Shown in pieces: positions 51,576 to 64,000 of a DNA stretch of 64,000 nt. This stretch comes from Mytilus californianus. Taxonomy: Eukaryota. The stretch covers positions 33,976,001-34,040,000 of the forward strand of contig NW_026262581.1 of NCBI RefSeq assembly GCF_021869535.1, given 5' to 3'. Within the stretch, counting starts at the first letter, position 1. Every line of letters starts with the position of its first letter. The notes under the pieces are model-generated. The model was not told the origin of the DNA. It made no database searches and worked only from the letters and a program-made list of their open reading frames with translations. The position numbers were made by a program, and so were the translations under genes.

Positions 51576-52329
51576 CTCGAGGCCAAAATAATTGAAAATC
51601 CAAAGCTAATTAAAAAGATGAGGAGTTATATAAAAAAAGGAAAAAAAAAGTATATTCAAAGCCAAGCAAGAAATCAGACCTTTGCATGAGGGAGAAATAT
51701 TCCTGAATTTAAAATAGGAGCGTCTTTCTTATAATTTTTTTCGATTTTTACTTAAAACTTGAAAAAATCAATCACGAATTGCAGTTTTGAGCCAACTTTC
51801 GGATCAAGTAACCGAAAAAAAACCAAGACAAGACATAGTTTGAAATACACAAAGGTATTGTTTAAAATCTCAAATGACACAAACGAAGCTTCCATATTGT
51901 AAACATCAGACAAGATTGAAATCATTTTGGATTTAGAACTTGAATTGGAAATGATATGAAATAATTTCAGGGGATATTGGCCCTAACTCTTCAAAAGAGT
52001 TTTGCGGATTTGAGGTTTAACATTAATAATACAGAGCTGTTTGAAGTAATAAAATCCATAATACATTGTACCTGAACGGTGAACGGCCGCGTGTAAAGAT
52101 TAGAAGGATTGATGTTAGGGTGATATGAATATGAAATATCAGAGTTGTTTGGCGTTCAATCATAAGAAAATTGGACTTCTGCTTTACACAATTTACACTT
52201 ATATTTAATCATGCATTGGTAGGATCTTTTTATACTGAGCGACATCATAGACAGAATTTCAGATAACCTACCCAATATTATGTATACAATTGCTATTAAA
52301 AACTGAAAACAACACGTTATAAAGTTCAT

Positions 52330-52371
52330 GCATCCGAAGCGCCTTTCTGGATTTACCTTCATCAGGAACGC
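52330..52371 (-). ncRNA. Hammerhead-like motif with non-canonical stem II base, in a repeat family also at 42200-42480, 42830-43165 and 56620-56700
   Basis: Reverse complement GCGUUC-CUGAUGA-AGGUAAAUCCA-GAAA-GGCGCU-UC/GGAUGC; stem I pairs fully, but the 10.1/11.1 positions are A and A. Confidence 0.45.
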
Positions 52372-53023
52372 TCAAACCCGAATATTTGAAATCAAGGATG
52401 TATAAGAACGGCAACAGTTGAAGAGCTATATGATCAAAAAGATCACGGCTGCAGTTATCATGGGCGAAATTTTAGACGCATTGGAATCGACTCAGTGGTG
52501 GTTATCAATGGAAGATACCAAGATGCAATTAAAAAAAATCGAAGTAAAAAAATGTTGTTTAAGGTCATTTTCTTGCAAAAAAAAATAGGATAAGAAGGTG
52601 GGTTTTTTTCTCATTTTTTCCCAGCTTGGGTACAGTACGTATGAGGTCTGCCTAAAATTTTCTCATGACTCACTGTGAAATTGGTAAATAAAAAATGTAG
52701 GGTAAAATATTGGAGGCGTTAAAACGGGATAGGTAGGGAACCCTAAACACAAGTATGTTTTTAAAATGTTTTGCCGACAGCATGGCCAAGATAGACAAGT
52801 GTCTTTGGGTTCCTCTCTCATTGACGAATTAAAATTTCAAAATCTATCAGGACTTAAATAATAAAACATGTCACCTTTACTTTCGTGATGAACCTTTCGT
52901 GACAAAAGTAAATTAAAAGATCAAATTACAACAGCTGTGTTATAACCCTAGAAATACGTTTAACTATATACTCAACAGTATATCGTGGTCATTTCACTCC
53001 AACGGAGGTATTAGCAGTGCACC

Positions 53024-53099
53024 ATGAAGTTGACACCAACTCTTTTTCTAGTCTTTGCAGTTTGCCATGTGATCTTGGTTGATGGAAGCTGTACTTTCA
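53024..53099 (+). CDS. C1q-domain gene B, exon 1 (signal peptide MKLTPTLFLVFAVCHVILVDG...)
   Basis: gcaccATGA start, hydrophobic leader, donor TTCA|GTGAGT, 76 nt, phase 1. Confidence 0.8.
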
Positions 53100-53678
53100 G
53101 TGAGTATAATTTAGATTTTTACTTATGCATGTTATCCACAGGCACTTGTCTCAGAATTTTTTTTCCCTATGTACTTTAATATAATAATTTATATAAGATA
53201 TATAGGGAACAAAATTCAGAGACAAGTACTTGTGATATTATCTCTATATTTCGTTAGTTGGTAAATTCAGTTGACAGGGTCTATACAAAGCGATTGGGAC
53301 ATACTAGATATGCCTCATTATCCTTCCTCCTATAAGCTTCTACGGATATCATTTGTTAAAAGCAAACATGTGGAAACCGTGTGTATTTATCATTATGAAA
53401 ATTATGAAAGATCTATTATAGACACAGAAGTCACCTAAAGACAAAAACATGCATTTTCAGTAATTGGAATAACGCCGATTAGTGTATTTAATAGAATAAC
53501 CATTTCAGGAGAAGTTCAAAGTAAGTAGTCAGCAACCTTAATAGATTTAAAATTTTTGGTTCAATGTGGCTCGCTCACTCAACCTGAAACCTTCGACTAT
53601 AGCTAAATAAATAAAGTTACATAAAAATAACATTGGAATTTGTCTTTTGTATCGACGTACTCTTTATGTTTATTGCAG

Positions 53679-53732
53679 AGTGTTCGCTGGTTGAGGATAT
53701 TCTAGCAATGATGTCCAAGTCTAGAGGATCTG
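53679..53732 (+). CDS. C1q-domain gene B, exon 2 (KCSLVEDILAMMSKSRGS)
   Basis: Acceptor ttgcag|AG, donor TCTG|GTAAGT; 54 nt phase 1-1. Confidence 0.8.
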
Positions 53733-53934
53733 GTAAGTACTTTTTGTCGACAGATTTTAAGAAAATTGAATTTTAATGTAACTTAGATTTGAAATCACAC
53801 ATTTTTAAAATATAGAGTAGGAGGAAACAAAAGCTGCTTTAATTACCACTCAGTAATGAAAGGTCGATTTAATTTTAAAAAAACCCAACTGAAATGTTTA
53901 AACAACTAAACTCAACGTAATTCACATCAATTCA

Positions 53935-54275
53935 CTATTTTGTCCAATCAAGAACATGATTAACAAAAATGTGGAGTAGGAATAAGGGCATGCATAAGTG
54001 TTCTATATAACATTTAAGCAACCATTAGTAAAATACCCGCGAGTTATACATGATGAGACTGAAATGTGTTGTGTAAAGGAACGGTTCGGCGCAAGATATC
54101 TTTTCTATTTTGTCCAATCAAGAACATAACCAACAAAAATGCGTGAAGTATGAATAACAGCATTCATGGTGCTTTAGATGATGTTAAACAATCATCAGTA
54201 CTATATCCGCATGGTATAAATGATGGGATTGAAATGTGTTGTGTAATGGAATAGTTCAAATGAAGATATCTTTTT
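53935..54275 (+). repeat. Tandem dimer (~170 bp) in intron 2 of C1q gene B
   Basis: ctattttgtccaatcaagaacat...tgaaatgtgttgtgtaa-ggaa...agatatcttt twice. Confidence 0.8.
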
Positions 54276-54528
54276 ATCAAAGTTGAAAATTCTGAAACGT
54301 TCACGTGAAGTTAGAACATTTAAACTTGACAGACATTTAAATAACTGTATTACAGTGAATCATGTACGAGTCGAGAAGTCATTGCCTTATAAGAATTCGT
54401 GTACTTACTTTATCTATAACTCTTCTTATTAAATATTAGAACTAGTAATTGAAATGTGTAAGTAATATAGGGGGAACTGAGAAACGTTACATTGTATACC
54501 GTACTCATCGAGATATTTTTTTCCCCAG

Positions 54529-54953
54529 ATAATTGTAGCTATCCAAAACTAAAAGAGATTCCTGCCTTTAGTGCATCATTGACAAATTCAAAAGTTCTTG
54601 GTGCCACCGAAATTGTAAAGTTCGACAAAGTTTGGACAAACAATGGAAACGATTATGACCCAAATACTGGAATATTTCAGGCGCCTTTTAAAGGCGTGTA
54701 TCAGTTCTCCTTCACAGTAATGTCCAGCAGAGGGAGGGATTTACTTGTTTACCTGTGGCAGAATGAAACCCGTTTGGTATCTGTATTTCCTGGTACTGGT
54801 TATAATGAAGGAACGGCTAATATGGTGTTAAATCTGAAAAAGAACGACAGAGTTTACGTCAAATGTGGCGGAAGCGGAATCGGATACATTCACACAGGCA
54901 ATGGCGCTTGGTACAGCATGTTTTCTGGATATCTCATACATGCAACTAAATAA
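54529..54953 (+). CDS. C1q-domain gene B, exon 3 (globular C1q domain); secreted protein of 184 aa
   Basis: Acceptor ttccccag|AT; PAFSASL...KFDKVWTNNGNDYDPNTGIF...GVYQFSF...FSGYLI; closely similar to gene A exon 3. Confidence 0.93.
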
Positions 54954-57421
54954 ATTATTTGTCTTATGATGAAATTTTGTTGTTGTTTATCAGCAAAAGG
55001 CGGGCTTTATTTTATCATTATTACTGATATTTATGTTACTATTAGTTGTCTTGGTCTCCATGATGATCCTTGCCCGACAATTAATGATAGTATTTTTTTT
55101 AGATTTCACTAGCCACTTAAAAGTGACTTTTGAAGAAAATAAAAATCTGAAAGAAATAAAATGTTATATGAATCTTTAATTTTCGTCAATGATCGTAATG
55201 CTTGTTTTCACTTCCGATAGCCAATGAGACAACCATCCAACCATCCAAAACGATTTTTATGGCATTCCTGAAATAACCTTTTTTTATAATGCCGTAAGGT
55301 CCAGTGATAAATTTTTTGATTTAATATACCAAATTTTTATATAGATTTGAAAATCTTACAGTTACAGCTTATCATAGCACTGTATCATTGAAAACAATAA
55401 AGCATCCTACAAGAGCCTCACGTTATTTTTCTCTTTTAAAGACATTGCAGCTGGGACCAATAGATGTTAGTCCCAGCTTGCAGAAATCCTTGATTTTTAC
55501 TTTAAGGTTTACGTAATTACTAGAATATGACTTTACCTTTATGTAACTGTTAATATTTTATAATGACTGTAGAAATGATAATTAAAGACATACAGATACA
55601 GTTTCCTAAGTCCCTTTGATAACAATAAAATAACTGCCAAAAACAAATGTATAATGTCTTCCAAAATACCGTTTCACGTTGGTAAGACGTCCATTGTTCA
55701 TGATGTAATTAACCTATCACAATGCTTTAGTGGACACTTTTGAAACCATTACTCCAAATGAATTATGTTCTAAATGTTGGAACTGTGTATTATGTAATTC
55801 GTCTGTCTTATGCATATAGATTTACATTTAAGATGAATTATGATATATTATACATGGGTATTTTCGGTAATCATACATTAAACTGAGATGTGCCAAACTC
55901 TACTTGTTTTCAGTGATTTTTGATATTGAGCTTAATCATTTTCAAAGAGATTAATAGAACCAAACTCTCCTGAGTTATTGAACAGATACCCCTAGTCTGT
56001 CTCTTTTTTTTATCAATAAGTTAATTGGCATTACCTCAGAATAACCTAAGTCATATGTGTAAAATAACAGAAGCACCGTTTTCATACTGTAGTAGAATAA
56101 ACATATTTATGTGTCTTGTATACGAAGAGTCTAGACTGTAAAGTCTGCTGCCTATATATGTCAAATGATAAGGCAAATGTTCTAATTTCAGTCTTTTAAT
56201 TGCTGCTGTAAACTTGACCCTTGATAAAATGACCTAATAACAACAAGGTTTTTTTCACATCAAAGCGTTTTGATAACAAAAAATGGGTAAAGATCTGATT
56301 TATTGCTCAGAAGATATTGACCCAAGACCAAACTTGACCTACTGACCTAAAAAAAAACAATTTTGCCCAAATTGCTATCAATAGCTAATATGGCCTTGAC
56401 CTCTGACCCCAAAAGCAAATGAAAAAGGAATATTCTCCACCCAATGCATTTTAGGAGCATAAACAAACCAAGAATGGTAAAAGTTGAACGTATGGTTCCT
56501 AAAATAATACCTGGAAATAAAATTTCCCAAAAATTTATGTCTCTTCTTTCTCCTTCATTAGATATGAAAATTCTTTCACATTTTGAAAAAGTGAAAACAA
56601 CACAATCTAAATTCCATGTGTCCGATGCGCTTTTCTGGATTTGCCTTCATCACGGACGCTCAAAGCTATATTTTTGAAAGCCAAGGATGTATAAAAACGA
56701 TTACTTTTCGGTGCATTCATTTGTGATGTTGCTTTAAAGTTAATTACAACATTTTTCTTTATTTATAAACTTTACAACTGTTATTTAACTTTCAATTTTT
56801 ACATTTTCATATATTGTTGGATATGTAGATAAAATAATAAGCACATTTATTTTGGCAGAGAGAATGTTTAAGGAGAACTACAAGCGTGAGTACATTCTTA
56901 AAGTTGTGAGAGGAATTTTGGTTTCAGATTTCGGGTGGTAGTGTATTCCAATCTTACATTGTTTGGTAAATGAATGAAAATTTAAAACTGAATGTGTTAC
57001 ATTGAAGTTGTCTGTATGCTTGTTGATGGGTTGATCTTGTTTTAGACTGTCTAGCTATAGCTGCAGTGACATTGATCTTTGGTCTACTGAACAAACAATA
57101 ATAGACGTTTCTTTAACACATGGGCCATTATTAAGCCAAGTTGAGTAAATACATTCTTTATGGACCAACAGACTTTGTATGGAAACCGAAATGTTGACAT
57201 CTGCACACCAGTACCAGGCATGTCTATATCATAAGCCAAGTTTGACTTCGTCACAACTTGGCTGTAAATTCAGTGTGGAGTTGTTTAGATGTTCATAACA
57301 GTTTATTTATAACTCCAGATGCCCTGACATGTCTAAAACTTAAATTTAATAACTAAGGGACATTCTGTACTTTTCTGATCTAGGGGAAGTAACTCAAAAA
57401 TTTTGTTTGTTATCACCTTTT

Positions 57422-57442
57422 CGGGGGGGGGGGGGGGGGGGG
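57422..57442. repeat. Poly-G run
   Basis: About 20 consecutive G. Confidence 0.9.
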
Positions 57443-58182
57443 ATTTGTTTAAATATCCATGTCAACAAGGAATATATTGTTTTAATATACCTTTTTTAAT
57501 TATCAATACTTATGTAATTTTACCAAAAAATAAAAATAAAATTTCATTCTACTCACTGAAACAGACTTATCTTCACATTCATTGCTTTCTAGCCGACTTT
57601 TTTCACAATTTTCTAACATTCTTGATATTTCCAATGATGAGAAGATCCAAGTATGACATGTATGTGACAATTTTTATTTGCTTTATTTTTCTACTCGTAA
57701 AAAACTCATGTAAATAAATTGCTCATAAAGATTATTTGGTTTACAGTACATCTTGTATTTCCATTAAAATATGCTTTTTCAAAGGTCTTCCTTTTATAAA
57801 CGTCTCACTGATTACATGACTTTTTATTTTATGAAAATTATAAAGATGAGGTTAATTTTGATTGTTTTCTTTAATTGATATTGACGAGAACACAAACATT
57901 TATATGAATATTCGCCATGTCAAACGTTTTCTTTTAAGTATTAAAGAGAGACAACTCAAAATCTCATGTTCTATATTGTGATTTGTTAATAGATCTTAAT
58001 AGAATTCATTTAATCAAGTTCAAATGAAAAGTAGTTTAATGTTGTTTCAGAATTATGGCTTAAGATGTAGTCATATCTAGCAAGTATATATTTCAAATGA
58101 AGTCATAACTGTTATTGTGTCTAGTAATTAAATTTGAACTATAAAAAAATAAAAAAAATAAATAAATTTACATGTATAAAAA

Positions 58183-59187
58183 CAAGCATTCTGAGAGTAT
58201 TGCATGGCAATACATAGTCCCCTACTGGTTAAGAATTCATTGTACTGGCACAAAATGCTAACTTGATCTATAACTTGTCATGGTGTAAACTATATAACAA
58301 ATATCAAGTCAATATCTTCAATCATGACGAAAAAAGTGTGGAAAACTGATTATTTAAGTGAATTTTCAAAGTCCAAGGACCATAACTCTGCACAAAATCA
58401 TCAGACTGGAACAAAATTCGAACTTGATCTGTAACTTGTAATAATTAAACTATATAACAATTATCAAATCAATATTTTCAAGCATGACGAAAAAAAGTGT
58501 GGAAAACTGATTATTTGAGTGAATTTTCAAAGTCCAAGGACCATAACTTTGCATAAAATCATCAGACCGGAACAAAATTTGAACTTGATCAGCAACTTGT
58601 TATGATAAAACTTTATTCCAATTATCAAATCAATATCTTTAAGCATGACGAAAAAAAGTGCGGCAAACTGATTATTTGAGTGAATTTTCAAAGTCCAAGA
58701 ACCATAACTTTGCATCAAATCTTCAGACCGGAACAAAATTTGAACTTGATCAGCAACTTGTCATGATAAATCTATATTCCAATTACCAAATCAATATCTT
58801 CAAACATGACGAAAAAAAGTGCGGCAAACTGATTATTTGAGTGAATTTTCTAAATCCAAGGACCATAACTCTGCACAAAATCATCAGACCGGAACAAAAT
58901 TCGGACTTGATCTGTAACGTGTCATGATAAAACAATAGACCAATTATTAAATCAATATCTTCAAACATGACAAAAAAAAGTGCGGAAAACTGATTATTTG
59001 AGTGAATTTTCAAAGTCCAAGGAACATAACTCTGCACAAAATCATCAGACCGGAACAAAGTTCGAACTTGATCTGTAACTTGTCATGATAAAAGTATATA
59101 CCAAATTTCAAATCAATATCTTCAAGCACGAAGACAAATAGTGTGGAAACCGATTTGCCGGACTGAAGGATGGACAGACAGACAGAA

Positions 59188-59243
<56 letters not shown>

Positions 59244-59293
59244 GGACGAAGTTCACACCTAAAGTCCCCTTCGACTTCGTCGGTAGGGGACTT
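58183..59293 (+). mobile_element. HINE/Helentron-like non-autonomous element: sub-terminal AGTCCCCT, 5 x ~161 bp core repeats, (CAGA)n, 3' hairpin
   Basis: CATGACG recurs at 58323, 58483, 58644, 58805 and 58966; (CAGA)n at about 59172-59245; hairpin AAGTCCCCT...AGGGGACTT at 59261-59293; AGTCCCCT also near the 5' end (about 58216). Confidence 0.75.
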
Positions 59294-59812
59294 ATAAGAA
59301 GATGTGGTATCACTGCCAATGAGAAAACTCTCCACTAGAGACCAAATGACTTGGAAGTTAACAAATATAGGCCACCGTAGTTATTCCTCATTCCTCGTTC
59401 TTAATCACTTGAACATTTATTAATATTAAAGCATTCTCATGATGGAACCTCAAATTATAAATTTGCTGCTTTATTATGGTATAATGCTTGAATGACATTT
59501 GTCATATAGCATTGTGTTAAATATCAAATACTTACTATGCATACTCTCAATTCATAAATTGGAAATGTAATAAGTAAAGGGTACTTTCAAAGCATTAATC
59601 GGCACCAAACAAAAAGGCGAAATATTCCAATGGGGACATTCAAAACTCATAAGTCGAAAAGAAACTGACAACGCCATGGGAAAAAAATGAAAGACAACAA
59701 ATAGACAAACAAGTCTATAAAACAATTGATAGAAAAATAAAGACTAAGTTAAACCAACCCCATGAAAAACTAAGGTGACTATTGTTAAATGTTTAATTTT
59801 CAAATCCGATAT

Positions 59813-60075
59813 AAAAATAAGGAGAGGTGGTATGATTGCCAATGGAACAGCTTTCCACCAGATTCCAAATAATGAACATGGATGTAAGCAATTATACGGC
59901 TGTTAACATGGAGCAAAACCCTAACTGTATAGTCAGCTATAAAAAAGCCCCGACATGACACAATATGAAATACAAAATGTAATTCAAACGATAAAACCAA
60001 CGACCTAATTTTTGACCCAAAAAAATAAAGTAAAACAAATATGACAGACAGAAATCATTGATAACCACTATTTGA
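59813..60075 (+). repeat. Family A, diverged copy (a short one also at 59295-59380)
   Basis: ggagaggtggtatgattgccaatgg...gtcagctataaaaaagccccgacatgac. Confidence 0.65.
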
Positions 60076-60417
60076 CAGGATCAGGATGGTTTTCAGCACG
60101 AAAAGAGGAAGAAGATACCAAAAAGGGTAATCAAAAACCATAAACCATGACAATGGCCGAAGGAAAATGAAAACTAGATATGAACAGACGGCCAAACAGG
60201 GGTAAATTAATATGCCCCTCGACATTTTGTCGCGGGGGCATAAAAAAGACATACAAATGTCCATAAAACATTAGCAAGAAAACTGAAGATTGAACAATAT
60301 GAACCTCACCAAATACTGGAGTTAAAACTCAGGTGCACTGGAACGGTTATCCATTCCTGCTCCAACTAGTTACACCTGTCGTGTACTCCTTTCAAAATCA
60401 CTTACTTGTAATCATAC

Positions 60418-63416
60418 ATAGAATCATGTGCATAACAGTGTAGCCGAGACCATTGATTGGCGCGCAAAAATATCCCATTGACTGGGTCAGATTAGGTGAA
60501 CGTTCGTCTGTAACGCCCAAAACTCACGACGTATTTATTATAGACATTTAAACTGTGAGGTCACCAAAGGGTCTCAACGCCTAAATAAAATAATTCGAAA
60601 AACTAATCAGGAATAACCTTTGTGTTTTGATTTATATTGAATACTTACACTGAACTGCGGTCAAGCTTAGCGAAAGGTCGTGCAACATAATCAGTCAAAC
60701 AAACTTTATTAGATTAACTCGTTAAGGAACGATCGTTTTCATTGGTCAATTCAAACCTTCGACCTCACACCTGCGAAAATAGAACACGCGTACTATAAAG
60801 ATGAATGGACTGATCAGTATTCACGTAGCCGGTCAAGGTCGTTAAAAACTTCCATCGTCGTATTCCCGAACATGATTGTGTTCTTGATTATCGCATGGCA
60901 ATTCTAGCTTTTATACATGTGCATGTAAAATTTTAAACTTTAATCTTAAGTCACGTCGAAATATTTAATTCAACTGTCTCCTCTCAATTGGTCCTGGATT
61001 AAGGGAGCTACCATTTTATTTTGATTGGGGGTGAAGGACTTGGATGAAACATTTTGTCCTGCATTTTTTTTAGTTGTTATCTCTGTCCTGTCTTTCTATT
61101 TTTCAGTCTGTTAGGTCCTGACTATATTTATTCGTTTATCCTGATTTTTTACATAAATCGTCATCCTGCCTTTTTTTGTCAAGTTGCTCACCCTGCCTTA
61201 ACTTTTATTCAATGGACTTGATGAATTAACGTTGTACTTGAAATGAAACCGTACTTAACTACAAAAATAACCAAATTACATACTAAAGATATTGCTCGAT
61301 TTTTATAGTAAATGGGTTTGTGTTATAAACTGTCAGTTCATTATTCATATTCTTTCATAAGTTTTAGGATAGTGTGATTTTTATTCTGATTTAGTTTACT
61401 TGATTTTGAAAAAAAAATCCCGAAATTCTAAGTAAATTCAGAACATGTAACCAGCCATGCTTTGTTTAGAGAAAAAATGGAGATGGCAAACCATGGCACA
61501 GTGGAAGGAAATGTACTTTATAAACTCCAGCGATATACTTTCTTAATTTATAATTAACTGTTTTGCTATCCTCGGTTGAAAATTATATATTGTAAATATT
61601 TAAATAGTTGCATAGAAAACAATCAGTTTTAAACAGTGTGGTTATTCACTAAATGTATTGATAAAAGGTGACTCCATTTTTGTACATACTTTTACAGTAG
61701 TCATCCTTAATTTCTTAATATTTCGTTTATAAGTTTATCATACATGTATGATTTTGTATTTAACTTTAATACGCACGCATGCCACACGTTACTTTGGCGG
61801 ATTGTTCAACAATGTTATGCAAAGCTCTATTCTTACGGTATGAAATTAAAGGATAAATTTTCAACCAATCAAAATCGAAAACAGTACATTTATATTGTTC
61901 CTTATAAACTACGACATTTCTCACAAGTATTTATTTATTTTTTAGTTCCACACATGCAAAAATAAAATCTTCGCCGATGAAACATTTCAAACCTTTTTAC
62001 ACCAACATGCCTTCACTGAATTCATTTGAATTTCGTGGTGACCATGATAGTACATTGCATAGTACATCTATATTCACGTGCACACATGGTACGATCTTTC
62101 GGGGACAATTTGCTCGTTTATGACACGTCATTTCTGAATGACCAAACGCTTAGCTTCTTTATTTTCGTTTTATAGCATTTATAGCAATAAAAGAGGAATG
62201 TGCAACCCATCATAAATTTGAAATGGATCAGTATTATGAGATCCTTATTATAAGGAACTACGACATTGTCAGGATAATAACCTAGCGTCAATATGAAAGA
62301 AATTAAAGTGGTTCATACATTCATTCATATAAAAGCGGCACATGTATTTTATTTTATCCTTATATTTTTCATAGTGCGGTACAAGTGCTGCATGCATAAA
62401 GAATATTACTTAACACAAATTATTAGTATAATATTTCGACCCCACTATTTGAAATTCACAAAATACTTATTTAATTATTTCGACCAAAAATCATTGTTTT
62501 TTTACGTTCGTAGTAACGTAGTACATTCCATTGTCGGTCACCTGTGTCAATTCACGTGCACACAACAATTGTTGTTGTATTTAAATCTTTCGGCCAATGA
62601 AGTGAGACGTTACAAGTTGTTTGTTTGTGATACGCCAGAATGTTATCAATGAATAATTATTATCAATCGCTAAACTTGACTGCATTTCAGTGTAAACGTT
62701 CTTTACTTGTGTTTTCGTTATGTTTTGATAATCAATTTTTATGACATCGCACGTTCTTTCAACAAAAAAAAAAAAAGATTTAACTGGCTTTAAAAGTTAC
62801 AATGCATGTGTTGATTATTATTTTTTTTTTGGACGTCAAAACGATTTAACAATTGCGGTTGCATGTCCAATTATGTCATCTTTTAACTTTTATCTGGTCA
62901 AAATTTTATTTTAGAACGAATGCATGATCAACTTTAAAAAGTGTGCGTACACAAAACATATAGACAAAATATACTTCTGTCCTGTCTTTTTCGTACTTGC
63001 AAGTTATTAGACAATAAAAAGGCTATTTGGATCAAGCCTTGTGGAATTTGCATTTACGTTTTTGAATAGGTAAAATGTATAGTTTGGTGAACTTTTCTGC
63101 TAACTACTATACTTGTGAAAAACCCTTGGCAACAGAAACATTTTCAGCTTTTTTTTTAATCGACCCAATTTACATAGTAATGGACGACTTCGTACATTTT
63201 ATGATCGCAAATAAAATATGTATATAATATACTGTGCACTGTAGTTCGTATATATACTGAAACCCTTTGGCAACCCCACAGTTTAAATGTTTATAATAAA
63301 TACGTCGTGAGTTGTGGGCGTTACAGACGAACGTTCACCTAATCTGACCCAGTCAATGGGATATTTTAGCGCGCCAATCAATGGTCTCGCCTACACTGTT
63401 TTGCACATGATTCTAT
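60418..63416. mobile_element. Non-autonomous DNA transposon with ~160 bp TIRs (3.0 kb), superfamily unassigned
   Basis: 60418-~60575 (ATAGAATCATGTGCA...GGGTCAGATTAGGTGAACGTTCGTCTGTAACGCCC...) is the reverse complement of ~63260-63416 with few mismatches; flanks ATAC / TTAC; no transposase ORF inside. Confidence 0.8.
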
Positions 63417-64000
63417 TTACTGATAAGGCATCACACGATAGCTGATTTAGTAAATGTCCGTTTTATAACAGTTAATTCATACATCATTGATATATGTAAA
63501 GCAAAATTAATTGGCAGAAACAATTTTTTTTAATATATGTTGTGGACATTATCAAGGAACACAGCTCCTGAATGATAAATATACATAAAATGTTGACAGG
63601 GATTTGTCTCACCTGCCTAAGCTTATCACAAACAACAATACTTGTTAATGCCACTTATATTGCTGACACCAGAAATAGCACACTTTAGTTTCAATGCCAA
63701 ATCGTTTTTTTTCCAGAAGAGTCAAAGATGTTAAATTAAAACTGATCTATGCCTAGACATGCAATCAACATTCAAAATGATTTTGTCAATAAGTTATGTA
63801 ACTGTTAAACAGAAACCTATTTTGTAACCTGTGGATGTTAAAGAGTAGAACTTACTGAGATCTGTTCATTTGGACTTAGAGCAGAAAGAATAGATTCAAC
63901 CCATTACTCCAATGAAAACTAATTACCCTAACAAATTAATGGGAATTAAATTTTTAGACTACACATGCATTGTTGGATTCTCCACGAAGTTGTGTACTAT

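Noticed and set aside
58300-59130. Regularly spaced repeats as a CRISPR array
   Set aside because: Whole 161-bp units are homologous, there are no unique spacers or cas genes, and the context is eukaryotic.
59108-59338. LSVC/TDRQ-repeat ORFs
   Set aside because: Products of the (CAGA)n microsatellite.
62293-62652. 119-aa ORF inside the long-TIR element as a transposase piece
   Set aside because: Composition typical of random AT-rich DNA, with no DDE, THAP or zinc-finger motif.

Overview
AT-rich, intron-containing eukaryotic DNA. The repeat families and gene content look like a bivalve mollusc, most like Mytilus (inference from recognition, no search run). Four multi-exon genes can be rebuilt by hand with GT-AG junctions and consistent phases. 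Two are head-to-tail paralogues on the minus strand (6644-14762 and 20910-35366) encoding HEPN-like domain (RNxWAH) + helical linker + STAND-class P-loop NTPase + long ankyrin array. This is an NLR-like / Avs-like receptor with a candidate RNase effector. The ORF track shows only their last exons and misses the HEPN part. Paralogue 2 has a single in-frame TAG at codon 19 but is otherwise intact. The pair shares a near-identical tract over the Walker motifs and differs in ankyrin number and loops. The other two genes are secreted globular-head C1q-domain genes on the plus strand (48007-50567, 53024-54953). The rest is mobile DNA: a decayed Penelope-like RT element and many copies of its 3' tail, minimal type I hammerhead ribozyme motifs in short repeats, a 2.9 kb non-autonomous CACTA element in an intron, a 3 kb long-TIR element, a Tourist-like MITE, HINE/Helentron-like elements carrying tandem arrays, and satellites. 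I found no rRNA, tRNA or CRISPR array.
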